From Cyanophora paradoxa CCMP329 (lineage: Eukaryota > Plantae > Glaucophyta), in the NCBI GenBank assembly GCA_004431415.1, contig QPMI01000514.1, forward strand, positions 461,888-525,887: DNA of 64,000 bases, read 5' to 3'. This document shows positions 23,768-36,200 of the stretch, in pieces (the first letter of the stretch is position 1; every line of letters begins with the position of its first letter). The notes under the pieces are model-generated. The model saw only the letters and a list, made by a program, of their open reading frames with translations, made no database searches and was not told the DNA's origin. The position numbers and the translations under genes are program-made.

Positions 23768-26700
23768 TCAGACCAGTTGTTCGAGGCCTTGTTGATGAGA
23801 CTCTTGAAGAACTCGTCGACCTGGCGAACCCGAGTGAGTTAGGTCGAAGAGCGAGGGACTTGGGGCTCGCGGGGGAGGCAGATCGTGGGGCACCTCCTCG
23901 GGGGTCTTGAGGTCGAGGGCGAGGCGGGCCTTCGTGTTCGCCGTCGCTTCGGGCCCGTGCAGCTGCCCCGCCCGCCGCTCGCCCCCGCGAGGCCGGAGGG
24001 GGCGGGGGGTGGCGTGGGTGGGGTGCGCACGAGCATGCAGAGGTGGAGGAGGAGGTTGGCGTTCCTGCGGAGGATGGCGAACGCCTTGCAGCAGAGCGTC
24101 ACGAACCTGCGCGGCGGTGGGAGCCGTCGTGAGGCGCCCGCCGGGGACCTCGGAGGGAAGGGGGGAAGGGGGAAGGGGGGGGGGAAGGGGCGGGGGGGGG
24201 AAGGGGGCGGGGGGGGGGGGGGGGGGGGGGCGGGGCGCACAGCTCGATGAGGGGCTCCCCTCGCTCTCCTCGAGGACGTGCCTGCGGCGGGGGCGGGCGG
24301 GGCGGCCGCCTCGGCCTCGGCGCGGGGCGCGGGGGCGGGGCGGGGGCGGGGCGGACTTGTACTCGGCGGTGAAGAGGAAGGGGGCGGTCTCCTTGGGGAT
24401 GAAGCCCAGGATCTTCGTCACGTGCCTGCCCCGCCCCCCGCCCCCCTCAGCCCTCCCCCGAGACCCCGAGCCGCCCCCCCTCGCCGCCACGCACCCCAGG
24501 TACCGCCCGAAGTCGATGTCTGCCGCCGCCCCCGCGGTCCCGGCCCCGTCAGGCGCACGGCCGAGCGGGCGGGCGGGTGGCGGGGAAGCGGGCGCACGGA
24601 ACATGCGGCCGTCATCGAAGAGCATGACGTTGTCGCTGTGGCGGTCGCAGAGGCCCATCACGTACGTCCTGCCCCGCCCCGCCGCCTCAGAGGAGGAGGA
24701 GGAGGGTGCGGGCGGGGCGGGGAGGCGGCGCACGCGACGCAGTAGCCGGCGCATGACGTGGCGAACTTCTTGCGCGCCTTCTGGTAGTCCTCCTCTGCGC
24801 GCCCCGCTCCGCCTCAGCCTCGTCGTCGTCCGCTCGATTCGGCGAGCGAGCGACGGGGCACGCAGCCCAGCGCGCGCGCACGCACCTGTCGCGCTCCTCT
24901 TGCGCAGCCAGTTGGCGATGTTCTGTTCCCAGCGTGCGCGGCGCGCGTCAGCTGGAGGCCACGGCTAACGGGCGGAGCGCGCGAACTAAATTGGAGCAAA
25001 GCGGCCGTGGGCACCTTCTCGCCGACCGCGGCCGCTATGACCGAGCCGTCGCTTGCCGCCGCTTGGATATCGCCCTGCGCGATTCGGAGAATCGAATCAC
25101 ACGGGAGGACGAAAAACGCGCGAACTGCATTTCTGGGCGCTGCAGCTGCTCTCGTGCCCTTCTCTTCTTTGGGGCGCGGGCGTCGGGGGCGCGCACGATG
25201 GTGGTGGCCCCCTTGACGACCTCGATGACGCCGGCGCCGCGGCCCGTCGAGATGCACTGCAGCTCCGAGCTCAGCGGTCCCGCCGACATCCGCGGAGGGG
25301 GGTTCGGACGGGGAGCACCTTGTAGGGGGTCAGCATGAGGTTCAGATCCTCTGCCTTCCACAGCTGTTCGGCGGCGCGTCGGCGTCAGGCGAGAAGGGGC
25401 GGGAGGGTGCCACTCGCATCCCCCCGGGGCGGGGCGGGGCGGGGCGGGGCGGGGGCGGACCCTGTCCATGACGCAGAGCATCTTGAGGAAGAGCTCGTCG
25501 GCCCGCAGGTCCTACCCGAGGGTTTCAGCACCAGGCGAGGGCGTCCAGTTGACGTTCACGTCTTTGGTGTTTGGGAAAGCGGACCTGGCCGGCCTTGAAG
25601 ATGGCGCGGATGTTCGCCTCGCCCTTGGTCTCGTCGCGGAACGTCTTCTGGTTCTTGAGCTGCAGCGCGGGCCGGCGTCACTCGGAGCGGCGCGCCGCGA
25701 ACTCGCGCGGCGCGTGCGCGCGTGCCTTGGCGAGCCACCGCGACACGGTCGAGAGGGTCTCGAAGCCCATCTGCGGGGCCCCCTCCGCCCCGGGCCCCGC
25801 CTCAGCCCCCGCCCCCGCCGCCTCGCCGCCGGCAGCCGGCGAGATCGTCGGCGCCGCGTGCGCGCCCGCCTTGGCCTCCGCGACGCGCTTCCCCGAGAAC
25901 GTGAGCTCGTACGGGTGCTGCGCCCCCGCGTCGACGCCGCGCCGCCGCCCGCGCGAGCTCGCAGCAGAGCAGACCTTGCCCGAGCTGTACACCTTGAAGG
26001 TCTTCCCGGGCTGCGAGAGGTCAATGCCGCTGATCTGGCGGCGCGAGAAGCTCTCAGAGGGCGCCGAGCGCGGCGCCGCGCACAACAAAGCCCAGCGGTC
26101 TTGGGCGCCCGGCCACGCACCTCGAAGTGCGGATCGACGGGGACGGTGAACGCGGGCGGGACGCGGCCGCGCGCGATCGCCTCCTCGAGCAGCGCCTTCA
26201 GCTTCTGCGAGTAGAGATCCGAGTTCTTGTCCTTCGGCTTCAAGACTATGATCCTGCATCCCGACGTTGAGCGGAGAATCGAGAACGAAGCGTAAGGTTC
26301 AAGGTATTAGGAGGAGGCTCTGGCCTGAGCCAAAGCGTAAGAAAACGCAGGAGGCGACGCACTTCTTCGCGACGTCGGCGGCCAGCTCCACGAACGCGAC
26401 CTGCGCACAAATTTCAACGCGCGTTTCTACGTTGCGCGATGAGCCAACACGTCTCGCTGAAATCAAACCCCATTTCTTTCTAAGCCATTTCTTCCTTCGA
26501 TGCCGGGGAGCGCTCGCGCCCGGGGCAGCACCCCAGGCGGACCTGGTCGTCGAGGAACGAGTGCCCGGCTGACCGGCAGCACGCCTGGAACTGCTCCAGC
26601 AACACCTGTGCACGCGCCGGCGAGCGCGCGAGATCGTTCGGGCTCGTCTCGAGCTCTGGCTCGCCGGGGGCGGGGGCGGGGCGGGGGTGCCCCGGCAGGC

Positions 26701-29700
26701 GGGCGGACCTTGCAGCGGTGGCCCCAGCTCGTCTCCTCGCCCTCGGCCCACTGCCGCGCGCGCTCCGCGTCGGTGTGGCTCGGAGGGGCAGCGCGCGGGG
26801 GGCGGGCGGGGCGGGCGGGGGCACCTTGAGGGCCCAGAAGACGGAGATGCCGACGAGGCGCGGGTTGCGGAGGCCGCGCCAGAAGAGGAGCCGCGCCAGG
26901 GGCCCGTCCAGGTACGCCGTGTGCCGCATCCCCTGCGCCGGCCCCCGCCCCAGACTCAGACGGCCGCGAAGAACTCGCGAAGTCGCGCTTATGACGGCGA
27001 CTTCTCGGTGCTCGGCGCATGCCCGAGGCTTGGGGAAGGCGCGCCTGGACGAGCTGGAGCATGTACTCGGCGAGCTCCTCGTCCGGCAGGTCGGCGATCC
27101 GCTCCGCCGCGTACCTGCCCCCGCCTCAGGTTCCTCTGTGAAGAGGGAGGCCTGCTCGGCGGGGGCGCACCGGCGGACGCGGAGGTCGGGGTACTTGTTG
27201 TCCAGGAGCTGCAGGGCGTCCCGGGGGTTGAGGGGCGACCAGTGCTGGATCGCCCTGCGAGAGGCCGCCTCGCGATCGGGGGCGCCGGCGCGGGCGGCGG
27301 GGAGGGGGGCGGGGCGGGGCGCACTTGTCGAGGAAGACGCAGTCCTCGGTGCGGCAGTAGTCTGCGGCGTGCGCCCCGCGCGGTCAGCGGGGGACAGAAG
27401 AACGAAGGAAAGAAAGAAAGAACGACTGCGCTGCATCGGACAGAGCGCACCCAGGCACTCGACCATCTTGCCGAAGGCGATCCTGCGGCGGAGGCAGATG
27501 AGGGCGGCTGGCAGGCAGGAGGCGGGTCGGGGGAAGCTTTGAGGGGGCGCACGGGACGTCGACGAAGAGGTTGGCGTAGCTGCGCATGAGGGCCTTGTCC
27601 TTCTCGTCGGGCGTCCAGTACGGGTCGTTCCCCTTGGCGATGAAGTCGTGCACTGCGGGGGCCGCGCGTGGGGGGAGGGAGACGGCGCCGAGGCACGGGG
27701 CGCGGGCGCGCGCACGCTTCTGGGCGTCCGTCTTCGGAGGGGGCGGGCCCTTCCGCGAGCCGTGCCGGAGCCTGCGCGAGGCGGGCGGGCGCGCGGCGGG
27801 CGGGGGCTCGGGCCAGCGGGGCGGGCGACGAGGGGCGGGGCGGGGCAGGCGCACAGGGTGGAGAAGCCGGACATGACGCCCATGAAGGCCTTGCTGGTCT
27901 TGCGCCCCAGGCCCCGATGCCCGCCCGACCCCCGCGATCGCCGTCCCCAGCGCCTCGATCGCCGTCTCCCCCTCGTCGACCGGGGGCGCCCGCCTTGGCT
28001 GCGCGCGCGGGCCGCGGGTGAGCCCTGGCTGCGCGCGCCCGCGGGGCGGGCGGCGCCGTCCCGGCGACCCCGCCCACCTCTCAGACCAGGAGGAGGCGGT
28101 CCCGTTCGAGGCGGCGTGGCCGAGGGAGTGGCCGGAGTGCGTGCGCGCCTCGGAGGCGAGCGGCATGACGTGCTCGTCCTCCTCCAGCACCGAGTGCTCC
28201 GAGTCGCTGTCGGCGTCCGTCCCCGTCCCCGCCGAGAGGCTCGAGGGCGAGGGCGCGCAGGGCGGCCGCAGCAGGTTGCTCCGGGAGAGGTTGTGCGGCG
28301 ACAGGCGGCTCGGCGCCTCGAACTTGGCCGAGCTGTGCCGCCTCAGCGCCTCCGCGAAGGGCCGCATCTCCTTGCTCTGCGCGTCGCGTCAGCGCCGGCG
28401 CGCGACGCGGGGCGAGGCGGGCGGCGGCGGCGGGCGCTGCTACCTCGAGGTCTAGGCCGGGCGACGACGCCTCGGACGCCTGCGCTGCGGGGTCAGCACA
28501 AAGCCCGTCACGCCGCCCCCCGGCCGCGGCGCGGGGCGCGCGCGCACCCCGTCGGTCTCGGCAAGGCCGTTGAACGAGCCGGCGGTCTCGAACGCGGCCA
28601 GGACCTGGGGCGGGGTACGCGGTCAGGGGGGCGGCGGGGGGGAAGCGCCGGCGGGAAGCGGGCCTTCGGGTTGTAGGCGAAGAAGACCGGGGGGCGCGGG
28701 GCGGCGTGGGGCGGGTCCACGCGGAGCAGGATGGAGCCCCAGTGCCGCACCGCCTCCGCCGCCGCCGCGTCGCCGTTGCCGTACCCGTCCACGAGCGGCC
28801 CGGGGCCCTTCGCGCCGGGGCGCGGCTTCGTTCGCATGCGCGCTGCAGGCGGGCTCAGCCGAGCCGGAGAGGAGGAAGGGGGGGGGGGGGGGGGGGAAGG
28901 GGGAAGGGGGTAGGGGGAAGGGGGGAGGGGTAAACGGCGGGTGCGCACCCGTGGGCAGGCGCGTCGCGCTGTGGCCCTTCATGCCCGGCTGCTCGTGGAT
29001 CTCCTGTACCCGGGGCGTCAGCCGTCCGTCTTCGAAGAGGCGCAAAAGAAAGAAGCGTGCACACGTCGTCGCAGTCGTCGCAGAGCTTCCGATGCTGCGG
29101 GGGGCGTCCGCTCAGCGGAGACGGGACGCGGAGAGATAGGTTGGTGGGCGGATCCGAGCGCACCTCCTTCACGCAGTCGTCGCACTGGACAGTCTGTTCC
29201 TGCTCCTTGCATTTCTCGCAGTTGTCTGCGCCCGTCTCAGATTGGTCCCGAGGAAAGGAACCGGGGGAGGGAACCCTGGTACTTGTAGTCCACGGTGGGG
29301 CGCTGGCGCCTGCGGGTGCGGGGGTGAGGAAGGGCGGGGCGCCTGCGGGGGCGGGGGCGGGGGCGGGGGACGGAAGGGGCGGCAGCCGCCGGGCGACAGG
29401 GTCGCACCAGAGGTCCAGCTTGAAGAAGCCGTCCCTGAGCACGCCGTCCGCGTCGAAGACCTGCCCGGGGCGGGGCGCCTCAGAGCCCAAAGCGGGCCTG
29501 CGGAGGGCCGACCCCGGACCTGCAGGGAGGCCCAGGCGACCAGGACGGCCGGCCCGCCCTCCGGGCTCTTGCCGACCACGGGGGCCTGCTCCTCGTCCAG
29601 GCCGCGCCCGTCGCAGGCCTTGCCCTTCGTGTCCCCGTCCGCCTTCTTGTCCGGCGCCCGCCTGCAGTACACGCACACCACGATCTCCGCCTCCTGCGCG

Positions 29701-31083
29701 GGGGGTTACCGCCCTCAGCGACGGGGTGCGGGATGGAAGGCGGGGCGGGGGGGCGGGCCTTGGGGATGCGGCTGCACTCGATGGGCTCGGACTTGGTGCC
29801 CTGCATGAACTCGGAGCGCTCCGCGAAGGCCCCCTCGATGTCCGGCGTCTCCGCGTTCGCCTCCATCGGCTCGTGCAGCCCGAGCGCCGCCGGCCCGCCT
29901 CCCAGCGCCTCCTCCGCCCGCGCCAGCTCGTGCCGCCCGTGCATCCTGCGCGGCGCGGCGGCGTGAGGCCGCGCGGCTGCGGCTGGGCGGGGCGCGCACA
30001 GGAAGACCCGCGCGAAGTGCCCGCTGCAGATCTGAAGGTGCGCGCCCTGCGCTCCCGGGGCGAGATCACGCAAGCAGCGGGGAAGGGCTGGCGATGGGGT
30101 ACAAACCTCCTCGAACTCCGCGGGGCGCACGTCGACGATGGCGACCTGGGAGAGCGAGCGTTCGTCCGCTGAGCTGGACACGCGGGCGCGGGGGAGGGGG
30201 CCGACCTGCAGGGGACCCGTGACCTCGTACAGGGGTACGCCGTCCGCGGGCTGGTGCGCGGGGCGGGCAAGCAGATCGCTCGGGACTCGGGGGGGATGCG
30301 GGCCGGCCGCCTTCAGCGCATCGACGAGGGAGGCTGCCGGAGGCTTGAGGCTTGAGGGGGGTACGCGGTTTCACGGACGCGGAGGTACGCGCACCGGCCT
30401 GGCGCGTGAAGTCCTTCTCCTCCTCCCCGGCGGGGTCCCGCACCGCCGACGGCTCCGGCGTCCAGTCGGGGTCGGGCTCGAAGGACAGCTGCATCCCCCG
30501 GGTCGGCCGGATGCGGTACCCCGGGGCGGGGAGTACGCCCACCTCGACGTCGACGAAGCCGGCGGCGTTCCCCTGGTCGTCGCGCAGCTTCAGCTGCTTC
30601 GACCTGGGGGCCGCCTGGAGGGGGGGTACGCCGCCGGTCTCGGGCGGCCAGAGCAGGCCGTCGAGCTGCAGGGCGCAGCGGCCGATGAAGTCGTGCTGCT
30701 TGATCGTCTCCTCATCGTACAGCTCCAGGGTCAGCTCCGCTAGCTTCCCGTTCGTTACGCGTCTGAGCGCGCGCGCCGACGCCGTCAGCTTAGCGAGGGC
30801 GCGCACAGTACTAGTGAGGGTTTGCCGCACAGCCGAGCGAGGCTGGTTCCTTCTGATTTCGAGAAATCGGGCTCCGTGCCTCCCCCGTGCACCGTGCCGA
30901 GCTTCGTCGGAGCCTCGCCCTTCAACGCCAAGGTCGCGAACACCTGCTCGCGCAGTGAGCGGGTGACGCGGCGCTCGCGACCTCCATCTAGCGGCGTCTA
31001 GCCTCTCAGATACGCCACAGAGATGCTTCTGAAAGAGCGCGAGCGCTCGTCTTCGACGCGGTCGCTCGGACGCGCACCTTCAT
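23768..31083 (-). CDS. Phosphatidylinositol 3-kinase (C2, B-box-like, helical and kinase domains), spliced
   Basis: DLRADELFLKMLCVMD, CISTGRGAGVIEVV, YVMGLCDRHSDNVMLFDDGRMF, DIDFGRYLG, KETAPFLFT are PI3K catalytic motifs; WSPLNPRDALQLLDNKYPDLRVR is the helical domain; LELYDEETIKQHDFIGRC is an N-terminal C2. Start approximate. Confidence 0.9.
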
Positions 31084-31616
31084 CTTCCCTGCGCAGTCGT
31101 GAGCGTCAGCCTACGCGATCTCCGGCCATAATTCGAGGCAAGCGAAGGTGCTCTAGCTTCTAGAACGCGTTCAGAGGCGGCTAGAGGGCGCTCGCGGGCG
31201 ACGTCAGCCTATTCATTGTCCGCCTGAGCCCTCGAATAGGACGGAAATTGGAATGAAACCCACCGAAAAGCTCGTGGTTGGCAAGCTGCGAGCCTCGCAG
31301 CACTGCGCGAAGCAGAACGTGAGACTCGGGGATGGGCAGGAGACACGAAAGTTCGGGCGTGGCTGTGTGCACGCACGGCGGACAACGAGAGTCCCGCACG
31401 GCATTCTCTAGAGCTCGCGCTGCTGATGATAGTGATGCTGTACCGGCGCCGCGGCCCGCGGCCCCTGCAAGGCTGCAACGCCGGGCTGGGTACCGGCTCA
31501 GTGAAGCCGGCAATCAAGCCGTCGAGGCCACGAATGTACCCCTACAGCTGAGCTTTAGAGCTTCAGCTTCCGCCGCAGCCTCGCTCCATCAGCAGAGCAG
31601 CAGGAGTGGAGCGCGC

Positions 31617-33000
31617 ATGTCGACGACGCACGCATCTGGGGCGCCGCCCGACGCGGTGCTGGTCGACTCCCTGCCAGGTGAACGCGCCGCGCGATGTGCG
31701 GGCGGGAGAGGCGGCGCGGGGGAGCTGTCGTGTTCTAGTATCTGCGGAGATCGCTTCTTCGCGTCCTGCTGCGGCGCGCTTGTCTCTTGGCGTCGTGTCG
31801 GCCTCTCCTCTGCTTGGGCAGGCCGCCGACCGCATGCAGAGTTTAGGCTCCTGGCGTACACCTCTTTACGCCCGATTGCGCCCTCCCCCGCTGCACCCTT
31901 GCCGCGAACCGCGCGGCAATGCGAATGCGGTTCTCTCTAGATCTAGATGACGTTTGCGTGGAGCGGGGGACGGGGGAACGCCGCCTCCGTTTTCAAATGG
32001 GCGTTAAGCGCTTCTCTCTTACCTTCGCCGCCCGCTCGCAGACGATGTCCTCGTTGCGATCTTGGCGAGCTTGGCGAAGGACGCCGCGCGAACCTTGGTT
32101 CCGGTTGCCCTCGCGAACAAGCGCCTGCGCGCGCTGTGCGGCGTGCCTTCTCTGTGGGAGAGCCCCGTCTTCCAGCACACCGATCCGCCGGCGTACTTCG
32201 TCTCCGCGTGCAAGCAGCACGGGCGGCACTTCCGGCGCCTCTGCATCTCTGGACTCGCGCAGCTGTCGGGGCCGGACGCATCCAAGGGCCTCTCTTACTG
32301 CGTCAACCTGACTCATCTCAACATCTCGAGCTTCTTCGGAAAGCAGGCTCGCTTGGATCGAGTCTCCGTACGCGCGTGCCGTGCTGACTGTTGCTGCATT
32401 TCCTTCGCAGAAGCCGGGCCGGATCAGCGGTCGCGGGCCGATTCATGTCGAGAACAGGCCTACCCCACGGCCTTACGTGTGGAAGCGACTTCCTCGCATG
32501 ACCGTGCGCCTCCTGCAGCTTATCCGTCTGAGCGCCCGAGCAAGGGACCGCGGCCTTCCGCCTTCAGGCTTGACTTGCTCGTCCGCGCAGAACCTGGTCC
32601 ACTTGAACGCGTCGGATGTCGCCATCACGGCCGGCTGCCTCTCTTTGGTGCTCAAGTCCTGCGGCGAGAAGCTCACGAAGCTCTACCTCAGGCGCGCCGG
32701 TCCCCAAACGCGCTGGCGCTCGCCGCCGGCGCCGGCGCTCAACTTCGTCGCAGCCACACGTTCATCGTTCCGGAGGAGTCCGCGCGGACGGGGCGCTCTG
32801 GCACCGTCGTCTCCTCCTCCATGTCGCTCGAGGAGGGCCTGGATCCCGATTTCGACGGGTTCAGCTCGAGCGACGAGCCGGACGGGCCTGCGGCGGCAGC
32901 GCCCGCCGGCCCGGCCGGGGCCTCGGGGGCGAATGCGGCTTCCGCCTCGTCGTCCTCGGGTGCCGCGCGGGCCCTCCACGCCACCAGTGTCCTGCGCGCC
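31617..33000 (+). CDS. F-box plus leucine-rich-repeat protein 5' part, spliced; probably continuous with the downstream ankyrin exons
   Basis: Spliced DSLP|DDVLVAILASL...VALANKRLRALC..PSLW is an F-box; CVNLTHLNIS, NLVHLNASDVAITAGCL, CGEKLTKLYL are LRR-like. Confidence 0.65.
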
Positions 33001-33259
33001 TTCACGGACGGCGTCGAGTGCGTGAAATCAAATTTCATTCTCATCAACGCTATATATAGCTAGCGCGCGCTCTCTGCGCCCTCGGACATGAACCGGCCGG
33101 CCCGGGCAGGCTGCCCCGGCTCCGGGAGCTGGACCTCTCGCGCACCGTCTGCGACGAGCGGAACCTCTCGGGGCTCCTCGCGCGCCTCCCCTCCCTCGCG
33201 GAGCTCTTCCTCGTGCGCTCTCCTTCTCGCCGGGGCTCGGGATCGAGCGACGCGCGCGC

Positions 33260-36200
33260 AGGTGAAGCCCAAGCAGCAGCCGCCCAGCATGGTGGAGGCG
33301 CTCAGCTGGGAGGACTGGACCGAGCTCGGCCACTGGTGCGGGTATTCACTCCTCGCGCCGGCCTTCCACTCGTTCACCATCAGCTGTCGCGGCACGGGCG
33401 GGCGCGCAGGAGCGGCAAGCGGCTCGCGGCGGCGCTGCAGGCCAACGGCATCTCGGTCGTCCGGAAGGACTTCCTGAAGCTGGTGCGCCGCGCCGCGCCA
33501 CGCTCTAGATCTCCGAATCGCGCTTGGAAGCCCGAGGCCGGCGCCGCGCATCGCAGATCAAGCGCGCGATCTTCTGCTCCAACCAGGGCACCCCGTTCGT
33601 CCAGGAGACCTACGCAAAGGTCCGCGCCCTCGCGATCGCCCTTCCTCGCGCGATCCCCCCCAGTTGCGATATTAGTAATAATCCACTTCGCAGGCCCTGG
33701 AGTTGATGCCCGTCGTTCGGCGCTGCGCGGGCGTCGACGCTCGCCTCAGCAACGGGTCGACGCTCTTCCTCGTCGCCATGAATACAGGGGTACATGCGTT
33801 TTACGCTCCTCAGAAGGCGAGCCCGCGGCCGCCCACGCGGATTGAAATCGCGTGCGGCAGCACTTCGTCGCGGCGAAGCGCCTCGTGGAGGAGTTCGGGG
33901 CCAGCCCGCTTGCGCGGTGCCGCCCGGGCGTCTTTCGGGCGCAGGATGATCCCTGGGTGCGGTTCCTCCTTCCGCCTCGCGCCGGCCTCGCTCGAGCCCG
34001 CTCCGCCCTCTCAATTCTATTTGGACCGCGGCGCAGACCCCGCCGTACCCGCGCGTGGGGGGCTCTGAGGTCTTTGACGGACAGGAGTTCCGATACGGTA
34101 CCCCAGGCTATTGTCTGGGCGCTTCCTCTCCCCTAGCGTGACGCGCCCTGCCCCCGACAGGCGCCCCACTCTTCTCACACGCGCCGGGTTCTACGCTCCT
34201 GCATCTCTTCGCCAACACGTCGTCCGCTGCCCCCCTCTCGCCCTCTGCTTGCATGCGGCGCCCCACGCCGGTGACGGTCCGTGGCCTCAGGTTCATAACG
34301 AGCGCGGCCGACCGGGCGCTTATCAACGACCTCCCCGACGCAAGCGCCCCCCGACTTTGCGCGCTCCGGCTGCTCCCCCAACCGCCCGCGCAGCTGTTCC
34401 GGGACTGGGGCGCGGCCGGCATCGCGAACGAGCCGACCTGGGACGCCCGCCGCCTCCGCCCCCTCCACGCCTGCATCGAGGCCGCGTCCGCCCCTTTTTC
34501 GCTCTCGTCCCTCCTCCGGCGCGCCCCTCGCCGTGCGGCGGATGACCTCGCGCAAGGTCCTACATGACGGCGCCCCTCGCGCTCCCCCTCGCCGCGCTCC
34601 TCGGCCTGGGCGCCGACCCCTCCCTCACCGACGCCCGCGGCTGGACCGCTCTGCACGCCGCCGCCTCGGCCGGCCGGCCCGACGACGTCCGCGCGATCCT
34701 CGCCGCCCGCCCCGACATCGTCAACGCCCGAGGCGCGCCCTCTATCTCGATCCGGATCCGCGCGCAAATTAGAAGCCCTCTGAGTCCTCCCCGGGTTCGA
34801 GCAGAAGAAAGCGGCTGCACGGCCCTCCTCCTCGCCGTTCGCCGCATCGGATCCGAGCGTGTGCCCCCGTCGCTCCTCCCCGTCCCTCGCGCTTCGGAAC
34901 TCGGCCGCCCGCACCGCAGATCCACGCGGCTACGGGGAGATGACCGTTCAGGCGCGCCCGTCGCTCTGAATGCTGAGCTTAAGCTTGTCCTCTCGCTCAC
35001 CGGCGCCTTGTAGTTCCTGGACTGCATCCGGGCCCTCCTGGAGCAGGAGGAGCCCCGCGCCGACGCCGCCGCCGCCGACGCGCGCGGCTTCTCGCCCCTT
35101 CACGCCGCCGCCGGCCGGGCCCCGAGCGCCAACCGGGACTCCGGTCCGTCCCTGCCCGCCCGCCCCTCCACCGCTTCCCCTTCCGCCTTCCCGAGGCGCC
35201 GCCGGCGGTCACGCCAGGCACGTACGGGTGGAAGCCGTTCTCGGCCGCCTCTGCGGTCGCGCGGGCGGACGTCGTCAGGCTCCTCCTCGGTTCGTTCCTC
35301 GCCTCAGAGCCGCCCAGCGCGTCGGCGCGCCGCTCACGCGCGCTCCCCGCGGCCGCAGCGCGCCCCGAGGTCGACGTGAACGCGAGGGACGAGGAGGGGC
35401 GCACCGCCCTCTACGCCGCAGCCTTCTCCAACTGCGCCGAGACAGCCCTGGTGCTTGCTCCCTTCGCTCGCCGCCCGCGCCGTGAGGCCGATCTCATTCA
35501 CCGTCGGGCGGCGAACGCGCAGGCGCTGCTCGCGGCGCCGGGCGTCGACGTGAACGCCGGCCGCCGCGGCGCGACGCCGCTCTACGGCGCCTGCATGCTC
35601 CATAACGTCGCGGCCATTCGGATGTGAGCACGCAGCAGCGGCGGAGCCCCCGGCCGGCCTCTACATCCTCGTCTCCTGAGCGTGCGCGCACGTGCGCTCA
35701 GGCTGCTGGAGGCGGGGGCGGACCCGTCAACCAGGCCGCCGGGCCACGCCTCGCCCATCATGTGCCTACTGAAGGAGGTGGGCGAGTCGGCGCCTCTTCA
35801 CTTGCAGTCGATTGATGACGGCGCCCGCCGCCGCGGCTGTCCGCTCGAGCAGTTGACGACGGAGCGGGCGAGCGCCGAGGTGGACGATGGTTATCCGATC
35901 CCGTACGCCCTCGCCCGCAACGCCGCCGCTCTCCCAGCCTCCGTCCAGGCCCGCCCGCGCCCGCGTCCTCCGCCTACGACAGCTTGCGCCCACGGCTTCC
36001 GGCGCTGATCTCCGGGCGTCGCAGACGGAGCTGCGGCGGCTCTTCGAGTCCAAGGGGGCCCTTCTCGAGCGCGTCGGTGCGCCCCGCTCACCAGCCCCCG
36101 GCCCCTCGCGATCGGTCCCTCGCTGAAGCCCGCGCCAGACGCCCACGGCAAGTCCGCCCTCCACCACGCCGTCGCCAAGAAGGCGCCCTCGCAAACCCCG

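Noticed and set aside
13540-28930. Long poly-G/poly-C runs (e.g. 13547, 21146, 24209, 28878) as functional G-quadruplex elements
   Set aside because: They lie in C-rich introns and homopolymer lengths are unreliable in long-read assemblies.
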